Positions 8,632 through 18,585 of a stretch of DNA of 64,000 nt are shown in pieces. The position numbers and the translations under genes were made by a program. The DNA comes from Myxococcales bacterium (GTDB lineage: Bacteria > Myxococcota_A > Polyangia > Polyangiales > Polyangiaceae). The notes under the pieces were generated by a model. It was not told the origin of the DNA. It saw only the letters and a list, made by a program, of their open reading frames with translations, and made no database searches. The DNA is taken from NCBI GenBank assembly GCA_043747615.1, contig JAYTOU010000080.1, forward strand, positions 8,913 to 72,912, in the 5' to 3' direction. Position 1 is the first letter of the stretch. Every line of letters begins with the position of its first letter.

Positions 8632-10377
8632 TTACAGCAACGAGAGCCGATTCATCAGGTTGCCACAAAGCTCCGATCCGGGGCTGCGCTCACGTTCGAG
8701 GGCGAGGGCGGTCGCGAAGGTGAGGCTCGCTGCATCCGGTTCATTGAGCACCACTTGACTGACCCCGAGGAGCTCGTAGTCCGCCGGCTCCTTGAGCTTC
8801 TCTACGAGAGCCTTGATGCGAGGGAGTGCCACGCGATGGGCATCGAGGATGGCGTCGGTCGGAGAGGGCGGCGCTTTTTTCAGGACCATCAAGCGCAATG
8901 CTTGACGCTGATCCTCCGCACGGTAGTCGGCAAACGCGGAGCTGCCGAAGAGTCCCGCGTACCCGCGGTAGCCTTCGTCGACGCTTCCACCCTTGATGAG
9001 GGTGACGATCTTCTTCAGCGAGTTCACGAGCTCTTCGTTCTTCTCGCTCTTGCCGGCCACTGGCTCCGACTTCGCTGCAGGCGGCACGACGACAGGGGGC
9101 GGCGGGGGAGTAGGGCCGGGGGGCGGTATGGACGCGGGGAGCTCGGAGCGCACCAGCGGCGCTTCGTTCGGCGGTCGCTCGGACTTGCGAATGACCACGG
9201 CGGCTTCGAGGCCGAGCGGCGCGAAGAGCTTCTGGAGCGTGTCCGGCAGCGGCGCGTACTTCGAGCGAAGCGAAGCCTTGGCGACGAAGATCTCTTCGCG
9301 TCGATCGTTCGCAAGGAGGCGCCGGATGATGAGCTCGTTTGGCGTGAGTGAGCGTTCGGAAATTTCGCGCACGGTCGGCGCCATCATAGCCACGAGCTGC
9401 TCGACGAAAGGAACGAACGACGGCTGCTCCCGGAAGTCGACCTCGTCGATGCTGGCTTCGATCAAGTGATTGCGCGCGAGCTCGGTGACGCTCGTGCGGA
9501 GCTTGCCGACTAGGTCGACGAGCTTGACGACGTCTTCGGCTTGGGCCTCGAATTCGCCGGCCGAGGCGTCTTCCTTCGGAGCGACCCGGGCAATCGAGAT
9601 CACCTTTTTTTCGCCCGCATCGACCTCGACGTCGAAGCCCACGTCCATGCCCACCTCCGTCCGCAGCTTGATGGACACTGTGTCGCCGTCGTCGACTAGC
9701 TCGGTGATCAACAAGCGCTCGAGGCGCTGCGGTTTCACCTTCACCGATTTTCCCATTCCAAGAAAACCAGAGACCTGGGGAGCTTGGATTTCGAGCACGG
9801 CAACCAGCTGCTCGACGCGGAGGGGCTCTGACCACAGCCGGGTTTCCGGGATCTTCAGCGCGAAGCTGTAGACGAGCCCGAAGTCGGTGGTCGCGAAAAC
9901 GCTCCCTTCGTACGCACCCGTTGCTCCGAGCTCGAGGCGGGTGACCGTCGCGGCGTCGGGCGGGTCGTGCGGAGCGAGCAGCGCTTCCAGAGCTTTGTTC
10001 GAGGCATCACGTTCGGCTGCTTCCAGTGCCTCGCCTTCCGCAACCTCGCTCGCGAGCTTGGCGCGGACCGCGTTCACGGCGGAGCGCAGCGCCTCGGCGC
10101 TTATCGTCGTCAGGTGCGCGGAGCACTTGGCGGTCGGCGATTCAGCGGCGCCTTTCGGTGCTGCCTCGATGGCCTTGACGACGGTCGCGACGAAAGCGTC
10201 GAGGCGGTCGGTCTCCTCATCGGCTTCTTTGCGAAGCGCGCGAATGCGCTCTTTTTGCTGCTTGATACGTTCGTCGGACTGGAGCGCGAAAACCGAGAAG
10301 TCGAGCGCGTCGCGAAAGAACTCGAGAAAGTTCGAGGTGAGCGTCGACGGCGTGGAGTCCCCAAAAAGGTAGTTCAT
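8632..10377 (-). CDS. Hypothetical protein: N-terminal coiled coil, Pro-rich linker, C-terminal TPR-like helices
   Basis: Long ORF with GC3-biased codons; likely start MNYLFGDS at 10377. Confidence 0.75.
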   Translation of the reverse strand: MNYLFGDSTPSTLTSNFLEFFRDALDFSVFALQSDERIKQQKERIRALRKEADEETDRLDAFVATVVKAIEAAPKGAAESPTAKCSAHLTTISAEALRSAVNAVRAKLASEVAEGEALEAAERDASNKALEALLAPHDPPDAATVTRLELGATGAYEGSVFATTDFGLVYSFALKIPETRLWSEPLRVEQLVAVLEIQAPQVSGFLGMGKSVKVKPQRLERLLITELVDDGDTVSIKLRTEVGMDVGFDVEVDAGEKKVISIARVAPKEDASAGEFEAQAEDVVKLVDLVGKLRTSVTELARNHLIEASIDEVDFREQPSFVPFVEQLVAMMAPTVREISERSLTPNELIIRRLLANDRREEIFVAKASLRSKYAPLPDTLQKLFAPLGLEAAVVIRKSERPPNEAPLVRSELPASIPPPGPTPPPPPVVVPPAAKSEPVAGKSEKNEELVNSLKKIVTLIKGGSVDEGYRGYAGLFGSSAFADYRAEDQRQALRLMVLKKAPPSPTDAILDAHRVALPRIKALVEKLKEPADYELLGVSQVVLNEPDAASLTFATALALERERSPGSELCGNLMNRLSLL

Positions 10378-10418
10378 CGCTGCCGAGCGTACATCGGACG
10401 GGCTCTCAAGAGGAGAGG

Positions 10419-10640
10419 TCAGAGCGCGCCTTCCACCCCGATGCTCGGGATGCTGATTGGACCGATGTAGGACTAGACGCGGCCCTTTCTCGGGCGATTC
10501 GGCTTCGCGCCCGTCTCGTCGAGCGTCGAGGAGTAAAAATCTGCGCGAACGCCGGGCGTGATTTCCACACGCGGGGAGGCGCGCCACACCACGTCCGCGC
10601 GCGCAGCCACACCAGGTTGCGGCACGTCTGCACCTGCGCG
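10419..10640 (-). pseudogene. Relic resembling fragments of a TonB-dependent receptor barrel
   Basis: Frame reads ARADVVWRASPRVEITPGVRADFYSS...RV*SYIGPISIPSIGVEGAL*, internal TAG at 10473-10475. Confidence 0.45.
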
Positions 10641-10721
10641 AAGACCGGAGCTCGCCGGAAAAGGTTCGTCGCTAGTCTACGTGCCTGTTCTGGTCGACGT
10701 TCGAAAAGGCGGAGCAAAGCG

Positions 10722-11921
10722 CTAACCGCCGCCCGCATCGCGCACGCCCCCGTCGCGGTCGACGGGTTGTCCAACGGGCACCACCAGGAGATGGAGGAGG
10801 AGCCCTGGCTCGGTCATCGACGAGAGCGCGCTTCCTTCCAAATTCGAGAGCGACGGATCGCCGAGCAGCAGGACCACGAAGTTCGACGTCGACGCGTAGA
10901 GAGCCTCAGGTAGCGCCTGGGGTGCGGTGACGAGCTGGATCTCCGCGAGCGATTTCGTGAAGATCTGCGAGCCAACCGAAATTCGAAAACCGCGCGACGC
11001 ATAGATCCCGGGAGCGCTGCGATCGAGCGTGAAGTTCTCCGGAAAGCCGGACGGCGCGATCTGCCCAAAATTCCCGCTCAGCGCGATGTCTTGCATGCTC
11101 GCAGCGTTCCCAAGCTCTCCGTAGCGGACGCTGAGTGCAGTGCCGACAGCCACGTCTGAGAGCTGCGCAACTTGGACGAAAAACTGCGAGTGCGTAAGCG
11201 TCGTGTAGGCGGTGAGCGGTAGCACACTCAACTTCATATTTCCGGTCGTGCGGTTGTATCCGGCACCACACGAAGCGAGTCCGGCGTCTGCGGCGCCGGG
11301 GACGCAGCCGTGCAGAACGAGGAGCTGAATGTTGTCTTGAACGGCGCGCGGCGGGAGCTGACCGAGATCGTAGTAGCCGCGCTGCCCGACGACGGGCGGG
11401 TCCTTCGCGAGACACGTGCTGCTGAACGACGTCGGACAGATGCGCTGGCTGCACGGAAGATCGGCACCCCCGCCGGGGCGCACGTCGGCCTCGGGAATCG
11501 CGAACACGCGGTCGTCCGAGAGGGCACCGACATCGGCTTGCCCGAGCGGGCTAAGGCGAACGGCGCTCCCGATCTCCACGCCAACCACGTTCGAGTCGGG
11601 CATCAGCGCGCGATCGGGCAATGGGCGAAGCGCGCTCGACACCGGAGTGGAAACGAGGGAGCCCCCCGAGAGCTTGCCGAAGCACAGACGGAACGCGGGT
11701 AAGTTCGGCGACGCGTGGACGAGAATGACCCCCTTCGAGTTGTCGGGCGTCCCTGGGAACGCGTGATTACCCGAGACTGCGTCGCCGCCGCCGCCGCCGT
11801 CGGCCCAGGTACGTGGGTCGGGACTTTCTTTCGATGCGTTGCCCGCCGCCGAGCAGTGAAGGAAGCTTGCGCCTACGACGAGCCCGATCGCCGCCGCGAT
11901 CACGTTTCTTGCACTCATCAT
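10722..11921 (-). CDS. Hypothetical lipoprotein
   Basis: GGAGG RBS before ATG 11921; SFLHC lipobox; ILVHASPN motif reminiscent of DUF4397; paired Cys. Confidence 0.7.
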   Translation of the reverse strand: MMSARNVIAAAIGLVVGASFLHCSAAGNASKESPDPRTWADGGGGGDAVSGNHAFPGTPDNSKGVILVHASPNLPAFRLCFGKLSGGSLVSTPVSSALRPLPDRALMPDSNVVGVEIGSAVRLSPLGQADVGALSDDRVFAIPEADVRPGGGADLPCSQRICPTSFSSTCLAKDPPVVGQRGYYDLGQLPPRAVQDNIQLLVLHGCVPGAADAGLASCGAGYNRTTGNMKLSVLPLTAYTTLTHSQFFVQVAQLSDVAVGTALSVRYGELGNAASMQDIALSGNFGQIAPSGFPENFTLDRSAPGIYASRGFRISVGSQIFTKSLAEIQLVTAPQALPEALYASTSNFVVLLLGDPSLSNLEGSALSSMTEPGLLLHLLVVPVGQPVDRDGGVRDAGGG

Positions 11922-12113
11922 TGGAGCCTCCATTCAACTGTAAACCAAGAGCACCAAGCGTGCCTCGTGAGTTCGCCAGAACATCACGATGAGCGCTGGT
12001 GGGATCGAGACAGAGAAATCACGGTCGGCCCAGCGTGGCACACTGATAAAACCAGGTATTGCGGAAGACCGGTCGGTCACGCATTCTTTGACGAAGGACT
12101 AGGAGTTTCCGAG

Positions 12114-13490
12114 TTGTCAGAGCCGCACGTGGGAATGATGGTGACGCCGAGCGTCTGCCTGGTGAGCCCGCTGGGCGCAGGCGGAATGGGGAGCGTCTGG
12201 GTGGCCGACCACCTCGCCCTCCGCATCAAGGTCGTCGTCAAGTTCATCGCGAACGACCTCGCGAAGAACACGGATGCGCTCGCTCGCTTCTCGCGCGAGG
12301 CAGCGGCGGCAGCGCAAGTGAAGAGCCCGCACGTGGTGCAGACTCTCGACCACGGGGTGAGCGAAGACGGCGCGCCGTACATCGTGATGGAGCTCCTCGA
12401 AGGGGGCGATCTAGGCGCACGCCTGGAGGGCTCTGCGCCCATGTCCCCCATCGAGGTCGTGAACGTGGTCGTGCAGCTCGCGCGTGCGCTCGACCGGGCG
12501 CATGGTCGCGGGATCGTCCACCGCGACATCAAGCCGAACAACATTTTCCTGTGCGACGCCGGCAACAACGAGGTCTTCGTCAAGCTCCTCGATTTCGGCA
12601 TCGCGAAGTACATGGACAGTGTCCTGCTCGACAGCGGGACCAAGACGGGCTCGATGGTCGGCACCCCGTACTACATGAGCCCGGAACAGGTACTCGGCGC
12701 CAAGGACATCGACTTTCGCACCGATCTCTGGTCGGTCGGAGTGGTGGCCTTCGAGGCTCTCACGGGGACGAAGCCGTTCGATGCTGCAACGGTGGGCGGC
12801 ATTGCCATCAAGATCCACAGCGAGCCGCTCCCGAATCCGTCGGCGTTCAACTCCACGCTCCCTGCGGCGGTCGACAAGTGGTTCACCAAGGCGTGTGCGC
12901 GGAAGGCGGACGAGCGGTTCTCGGGCGCAAAAGAAATGGCCGACGCTCTCGCTCTCGCCATCACCGGCGAGGTCATGGCCACTGCGTCGTCGTCTTCGTC
13001 GGGGTCACGCTCGATTCCAAAGTCCCCGTCGTTTGCCCCCGAAGCGCTTGCGGCCACAGCGCACGCGAACGACGTGCGCGCGGCGACCGACAGTGGCCTG
13101 GAACGGAGCGGCCCCGCCGCTGGGGTGAACGGGGGAAAGCTCGCGCTCGTCGCCGGCATCCTCGTCGCGGTCGGATTCGCGGGGTTCCTCGTGCCGCATT
13201 GGTTGAAGGGTGGAGAACCCGTCTCCGCGTCGCCCATTGCGCCGACGGGCGTCGTCATCTCGACCGCGCTCCCGACGGCTACCCTTACCGCCGCGCCGAG
13301 CCCCACGCCTGCTCCGGGTGCCTCGCTACCGGCGGCTCCGGCGACCTCAGCGATGATCACGACGCCGACGGTGAAGCCGAGGGTGCATCACGCGGCGGGA
13401 AAAGCGTCGGCGAGCGCTGCTCCGAACGCGGCGGCGCCCGTGCCGCTTCCCTCTCCGGGCCCATCTGCGAGCGGGCATGACATCTTTTAG
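12114..13490 (+). CDS. Membrane-anchored Hanks-type Ser/Thr protein kinase (cassette A)
   Basis: GAGGMG, VVVK, HRDIKPNN, DFG, GTPYYMSPE; one TM helix then Pro/Ala-rich tail; AGGAG at 12101 before TTG. Confidence 0.93.
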   Translation: MSEPHVGMMVTPSVCLVSPLGAGGMGSVWVADHLALRIKVVVKFIANDLAKNTDALARFSREAAAAAQVKSPHVVQTLDHGVSEDGAPYIVMELLEGGDLGARLEGSAPMSPIEVVNVVVQLARALDRAHGRGIVHRDIKPNNIFLCDAGNNEVFVKLLDFGIAKYMDSVLLDSGTKTGSMVGTPYYMSPEQVLGAKDIDFRTDLWSVGVVAFEALTGTKPFDAATVGGIAIKIHSEPLPNPSAFNSTLPAAVDKWFTKACARKADERFSGAKEMADALALAITGEVMATASSSSSGSRSIPKSPSFAPEALAATAHANDVRAATDSGLERSGPAAGVNGGKLALVAGILVAVGFAGFLVPHWLKGGEPVSASPIAPTGVVISTALPTATLTAAPSPTPAPGASLPAAPATSAMITTPTVKPRVHHAAGKASASAAPNAAAPVPLPSPGPSASGHDIF

Positions 13491-14466
13491 AAAGCGGGCG
13501 CGCCGCGCGGCGATGGCGCTCAGCCTCGCGTTCACATGTGCGATCACGCCCGCATTCGCGCAGCGCGCGGCTGCCGACGTCGAGACGGCTCGCCAGCTCT
13601 ACAACCGGGGGCGTGAGCTTCGCGACCACGGAGAGCTCGTTCTCGCCCTCGAGAAATTCAAGGCTGCTCACGCCCTCGCGAAGACGCCAATCACTGGCCT
13701 CGAGCTGGCGCGCACCCACGCCGCTCTCAACCAACCCGTCGAAGCGCGCGAGCTGTGTCTGAGCGTCGCGCGCATCCCCGTCACCGCCGAGGAGACCGCG
13801 CGCTCGGTCGAAGCTCGGGCCGAAGCGGCAAAAATCGCCGAAGAGGTGAAGCCCAAGATTGCAACGCTCCACATCACGCTGCACGGCGCGCGGCGTGGCG
13901 ACGAGACAATCCTCCTCATCGACGGAATCACCGTGCCCGCAGCGGCGATGAGTGAGCCGCGCAGCCTGAACCCAGGGGCGCACGCGATCTCGGCACGCAT
14001 CGGTACGGGCGAAGAAGCCACAGTGTCGACCGAGCTGCGCGAAGGAGAGACGCGCGATCTCGAGCTCACCGTCGTTCCGCCGGCGAAGGTAGTGGTGGCC
14101 GGGCCCGGGGGTAGCCCGGCGCGCTCGGCATCGAAGCTCTCGCCGCTCGTCATTCCTGGCTTCGCGGTCGCCGCGATCGGCGTGGGCGTGGGAGCGGTCA
14201 CCGGCATCATCACCATCGCCACCAAGACTGATCTTCAAAGCCGATGCAACGGGAAGGTCTGCGGCCCGAACGAGTACGCCGATCTGGATCGCGGACGGAC
14301 GATGGGAAACGTGAGCACCGTCGCTTTCATCGTCGGCGCGGTGGGCGGAGCGATCGGCATCTACGGACTGACCCATCCCTCCACCGTGAAGACGAATGCC
14401 GCTTGGTCACCGACTGTCCGCCCGTTTCTCGGCGCGGGCTCCGTGGGGGTCCATGGCTCCTTCTGA
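13477..14466 (+). CDS. TPR + PEGA-like domain envelope protein (cassette A)
   Basis: Signal peptide, TPR-like ARQLYNRG..ALEKF, PEGA-like IDG..LNPGAHAISAR, Gly-rich hydrophobic hairpin, C-terminal GVHGSF. Confidence 0.8.
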   Translation: MTSFRKRARRAAMALSLAFTCAITPAFAQRAAADVETARQLYNRGRELRDHGELVLALEKFKAAHALAKTPITGLELARTHAALNQPVEARELCLSVARIPVTAEETARSVEARAEAAKIAEEVKPKIATLHITLHGARRGDETILLIDGITVPAAAMSEPRSLNPGAHAISARIGTGEEATVSTELREGETRDLELTVVPPAKVVVAGPGGSPARSASKLSPLVIPGFAVAAIGVGVGAVTGIITIATKTDLQSRCNGKVCGPNEYADLDRGRTMGNVSTVAFIVGAVGGAIGIYGLTHPSTVKTNAAWSPTVRPFLGAGSVGVHGSF

Positions 14467-15115
14467 ACGGCGTGTGAAACGAGGGTTCTTGATCGTCGGC
14501 GGCGCGCTCGGGATCGCCGCGGCGGCGTGTAATGCGCTCGTCGGCCTCGATGCGTTCGAAAAAAACGATTGCGCGCACTGCACCGACGCCGGTTCGGACG
14601 CAGACGCGAGCGATGCTCCCACGAGCGACGCGCCTCCCCCGCCCGTTCCGATCCCGGACGGTGCCGCCGCCGTGAGCTGGGCCCAGTGGCCGATGCCCTC
14701 GCCGGAGGCGGGTCCGAACTTGTTCTCGTACACGCGCAACGCTGACGGCTCGGTCACCGACAAGCGAACGGGGCTCGTGTGGCTCACTGGATTCACCAGC
14801 CCCTTCACACCCGGAGACGACGTCACCAAAGGCTTCGATCTAGCGCGCGCGCACTGCAGAAGCCTCAGCGACGCAGGCACCACGTGGCGCCTCCCGACAC
14901 GAATCGAGCTCGTCACGCTCATCGACTACTCGACGCACGCGCCCGCGCTCGACCCAGTCTTCGCGATGGGTCTCAGCGGTGGTTGGTACTGGTCGGCGTC
15001 CGTGGTTCGACCCGTGGCGCTCCCTTACCGCTTCTGGGCTGTGAATTTCACGACGGGTGAAGTCAGCGACACTGCCCCGAACGATCCTCGAACCGCGCTT
15101 TGTGTGAAGCAATGA
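14453..15115 (+). CDS. DUF1566 (Lcl, C-type lectin-fold) lipoprotein
   Basis: AAAC lipobox; VTDKRTGLVW, WRLPTRIELVTL, YWSAS, WAVNF, final LCV. Confidence 0.85.
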   Translation: MAPSERRVKRGFLIVGGALGIAAAACNALVGLDAFEKNDCAHCTDAGSDADASDAPTSDAPPPPVPIPDGAAAVSWAQWPMPSPEAGPNLFSYTRNADGSVTDKRTGLVWLTGFTSPFTPGDDVTKGFDLARAHCRSLSDAGTTWRLPTRIELVTLIDYSTHAPALDPVFAMGLSGGWYWSASVVRPVALPYRFWAVNFTTGEVSDTAPNDPRTALCVKQ

Positions 15116-15594
15116 AGACGCGCTCGCGCTTGATTCTGAGGGCTTTGCGCTCGCTGGCGATTCCCGTGCTCATCGTCGGTCCGGTTCTCGCTGACGCGCC
15201 GAGCGATCAGTACAGCCCGTACGTGCGCGCCAATCTCGAGATCGGCGACACGAAGACTTTCTTGAGCTGGCGGCGCTCGGTCACCGGCGATAGCACCTTC
15301 GTCGAGGCTAATGACGCACAGGTTTCGTGCCCAGCCGGAGCCTCGTACCGGATCCCCACGATGAAGGAGCTGCTGACCCTCGTCGACGAGCAACCCCACG
15401 ACGAATACGAGGACGGCGGCTTGGTCGCGCGAACGATCGACCGGAGCGCCTTTCCCCTGACCCCCGCTGCCGAGTTCTGGACCAGCACGACCTCCGCCGC
15501 AGATCCGTCGCTTGGCTGGGTCGTCGACTTCAGTACCGGAGCGGCGCTCCTGCGAAACAAGGGCGAGAAGCACTTCGTCCGCTGCGTTCGGTAG
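15112..15594 (+). CDS. DUF1566 (Lcl, C-type lectin-fold) secreted protein
   Basis: ATGA overlap with previous gene; DTKTFLSW, YRIPTMKELLTL, FWTST, WVVDFSTG, VRCVR. Confidence 0.85.
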   Translation: MKTRSRLILRALRSLAIPVLIVGPVLADAPSDQYSPYVRANLEIGDTKTFLSWRRSVTGDSTFVEANDAQVSCPAGASYRIPTMKELLTLVDEQPHDEYEDGGLVARTIDRSAFPLTPAAEFWTSTTSAADPSLGWVVDFSTGAALLRNKGEKHFVRCVR

Positions 15595-15632
15595 GGGCAG
15601 TGCTTCGGCAGGCGCGGTGGTAAGCTCTAAAG

Positions 15633-17534
15633 ATGCGGCTCATCTCTCTTGCCGCGAGCCTCTTTTTCGCTGGCTGCTCGAGCGACGCGGCGAACGGAGC
15701 GATGCCGGTCGGGGGCGACGCCGGCGGGGCTCCGATGGCAGACGCTGGCCCGACTGCCGATGCGACGGGTTGCGTCAGGATCGCCGATGCAGGCGCGTCG
15801 AGCGCGTACACGCTCCGCTTCGACGTGCTCGGGTACCTTCCGGCGGGGGATCGATGGGCGATGCTCATGGCCGATTCCAAGCTTCCACCGGCGAAGTACC
15901 GAATCGTCGACGAGACGGGATGCGCCATCGGGTCCGGCACTGCGGGGCCGCGGCTCATCGACACGACCAGTCTCGCGGGCCTGCCGCTTCAGGGTGACCG
16001 CGTCGATCTCTCGGCCATCCCTGGGCCAGGGACCTACTCCGTGGTTCTCGAAGACGGCGGGCGCTTCGGACCAATTGTCGTTGGAAGCAACGTCTACGCG
16101 TCCGTGCTTCCGAAGTTGCTCCAATTTTTGGGTGCGCAGCGCTGTGGCGCGACCACCATGGCGATCTCGCAGCACGCCTCTTGTCATCTCCATGCGTCCG
16201 TTGCGGGCGCATCCTCCGGCGACGGCGTCGCGGTCAACAACGGTTACACCGGCGCAGTCGACAAGACCACTGGGCCTGCAGTCGACGTCGAGGGAGGCTG
16301 GCACGACGCAGGCGACTACATCAAATTCGTGGGGACCACTTCCTTCACGCTCGCCGTCGATCTGCTCGCGCTGCGCGATCACGAAAAAGCATTCGCTTCG
16401 TCCGCCGCTGGCACGCAGATGAGCGCGCTCCGCGGCGAGCTACGCTGGGGGCTCGATTGGCTCGTCAAGATGCTCGGCGGCGCGGAGATGTTCCACCAGG
16501 TGAGCGGCGCCAAGGATCACGATCCAGCGTGGCGCATCCCCGAGCTCGACACGACGACTCCGATTCCCGGCTACACGCAGCGGCCTGTTTTCCGCTTCGC
16601 TCCGGGGCGCGGAGCCAACTTGCTCGGACGCTCGGCGGCGGCGCTTGCTCTCGGATCTCAGGTCTACGCGGACGACCCACCCTATGCTGCAAAGCTGCTT
16701 GCTCTGGCCCGCGTCGTCTACGCCGCAGGAAAAGCGAACCTGCTGTCACAGAATCCGGACCCCATCGATTTCTACCTCGAGACCTCGCACCGCGACGACC
16801 TGACGTTCGGCGCTGCCATTCTCGCGCAGACGACCGGCGAAGCCGCTTTTGCTTCCGAGGCGCTCGCGGGCGGACGCGGGCTCATCACCGCCGTGACCAG
16901 CGCGAAAGCACTCCAATGGGGCGACGTGCGCGCGCTCGCTCTCTTGGAGGCGGGCCTCGCTTTTCCGGACGGAAGCGCAGAGCGCGCGGAGCTAGCGGGC
17001 GATCTCGACCAACTCGCCGCGCCGATTCTGGCCAGCGCGACGGCGCCAAAGGGAGCGGGTGCGCCCTTCCGTTACGCGCTCGACGCGTTCGGCAACGGGA
17101 CCATCGAGGAATCCCTTGGCGCCGCAGCGGTGTGCCTTGCCGCACGTCGGTTGTCGCCGACCACGAACGCGGCGTGCGCCGAAGTCGCCCGATCACAGTT
17201 GCACTGGCTCTTCGGGCTCAATCCGTTTGGCGTGCCCTTCATGGTCGGCGTTGGCCAGGCGTACCCGAAGAACATTCAGCACGCGCTCGCCCAAGCCGCG
17301 CAGATCACGCTCACCGGCGCGATTATCGGCGGTCCCACCAGCATGAGCGTCCTCAACGGCAGCTTCGCAACCGACCCGAGCCTCACCCTTCCTACCGCAA
17401 CGAGCACCTACGCGCGGTGGTCGACGCAAGACCTCGTCTACGACGACATCGTCGCAAACTACGTGGTGAACGAGCCCGCGATCGATTTTACCGCGCCCCT
17501 GGTGTTCGTCCTCGGCGAGCTGCTTTCGCCTTAG
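15633..17534 (+). CDS. Glycoside hydrolase family 9 lipoprotein with N-terminal Ig-like domain
   Basis: FAGC lipobox; GYLP; GGWHDAGDYIKF; LFGLNPFG; NEPAIDF. Confidence 0.88.
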   Translation: MRLISLAASLFFAGCSSDAANGAMPVGGDAGGAPMADAGPTADATGCVRIADAGASSAYTLRFDVLGYLPAGDRWAMLMADSKLPPAKYRIVDETGCAIGSGTAGPRLIDTTSLAGLPLQGDRVDLSAIPGPGTYSVVLEDGGRFGPIVVGSNVYASVLPKLLQFLGAQRCGATTMAISQHASCHLHASVAGASSGDGVAVNNGYTGAVDKTTGPAVDVEGGWHDAGDYIKFVGTTSFTLAVDLLALRDHEKAFASSAAGTQMSALRGELRWGLDWLVKMLGGAEMFHQVSGAKDHDPAWRIPELDTTTPIPGYTQRPVFRFAPGRGANLLGRSAAALALGSQVYADDPPYAAKLLALARVVYAAGKANLLSQNPDPIDFYLETSHRDDLTFGAAILAQTTGEAAFASEALAGGRGLITAVTSAKALQWGDVRALALLEAGLAFPDGSAERAELAGDLDQLAAPILASATAPKGAGAPFRYALDAFGNGTIEESLGAAAVCLAARRLSPTTNAACAEVARSQLHWLFGLNPFGVPFMVGVGQAYPKNIQHALAQAAQITLTGAIIGGPTSMSVLNGSFATDPSLTLPTATSTYARWSTQDLVYDDIVANYVVNEPAIDFTAPLVFVLGELLSP

Positions 17535-17589
17535 TGAGTCACGGCTTCTCCTAGCGCGATTCGCGATCCTGACGTACATCCTGCCGGCC

Positions 17590-18426
17590 ATGCGCAAATC
17601 ACGACCCACATCGGTTTCGTTCGTCGCTCTGCTCCTTCTCGGAGCGGCGTGCTCGGCGTCCGGGAGCTCGTACATCCCGACGGACGACGGCGGCAGCGCG
17701 TCCGACAGCGCGGGCGGACACGACGACGGCGCCACGACCGCCGACGGCGGCAGCGCAGACAGCTCCGCGGGCGACACGGGGCAAAAGAGCGACAGCAGCG
17801 GAGACAGCGCCGTCGGCACTACGCTCCACGGTAGGCTGGTCAACTTTCAGAGCGGGACGGCGATCGCAGGGGGCACCGTGAGCGGCGGCGGTAACACCGC
17901 AACCAGCGACGCGACCGGCGTCTTCGATCTCGCGGTCGCGCTCGGCATCCCGTTCACCGCCACGGCTACGGCGGCGACGTACACGAAGCTCATTGGTCAA
18001 GAGATCCAGATCAGCGCGAGCGTCGACTTCGGCACCTTGCCGATGATCTCCGCGGGCACCACCTCCGTCCTTCGCGCGCAGCTCACCGGGTACGACGCCG
18101 GCAAAGGCGCGCTCATCGTCCTCGTCGTTCCCAGCGGGGCGTGCGCGAGCGAAGGAGGCGCGACGCTAAGCGTGTCCCCCGCTGGCACCGTCGTGTATTT
18201 TTCGGGCGGCTTTCCCAGCGCTTCGGCCACCTCCGTCGCTGCCGGCCAAGCACCATCCGCGGTGATCTACAACATTCCGCCCGGCGTCGCGCTCACCCTC
18301 TCCGTCACCTCATCGACCTGCTCGCAGACAGCGTACCCGGTCACCCAGGGCGCGCTGACGTACACGGGAGCCATGCAGGTCGAAGCAGGCGCCTCCGTCA
18401 GCGCCGCGAAGATTTTCCTGCAGTAA
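17590..18426 (+). CDS. Lipoprotein with carboxypeptidase-regulatory-like beta-sandwich domain
   Basis: GAAC lipobox, D/G/S-rich linker, G-x-LVNF..GTAIAG..V..ATSDATGVF pattern. Confidence 0.65.
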   Translation: MRKSRPTSVSFVALLLLGAACSASGSSYIPTDDGGSASDSAGGHDDGATTADGGSADSSAGDTGQKSDSSGDSAVGTTLHGRLVNFQSGTAIAGGTVSGGGNTATSDATGVFDLAVALGIPFTATATAATYTKLIGQEIQISASVDFGTLPMISAGTTSVLRAQLTGYDAGKGALIVLVVPSGACASEGGATLSVSPAGTVVYFSGGFPSASATSVAAGQAPSAVIYNIPPGVALTLSVTSSTCSQTAYPVTQGALTYTGAMQVEAGASVSAAKIFLQ

Positions 18427-18585
18427 AGCTCCCGGTGCGCATCCCCGTCCTCAGTTTTCTTCAGCTTCTTGAGGACTACGGTTGAGGTTGCGATCGCCGT
18501 CGCGCAGGTCGTGAGAGCTCTTCGTGGGCGAAGCGTAGTCGACCTTCCAGTGTCGTGGCATGCTGCTAATCCGAGGTAAGACGTC

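Noticed and set aside
14453..15594. DUF1566 genes as diversity-generating retroelement targets
   Set aside because: No reverse transcriptase and no near-identical template repeat seen in the window; a remote element cannot be excluded
18427..18585. Possible small minus-strand ORF upstream of ppk2 (MPRHWKVDY...)
   Set aside because: 36 codons with no motif or clear start signal; cannot be told from chance
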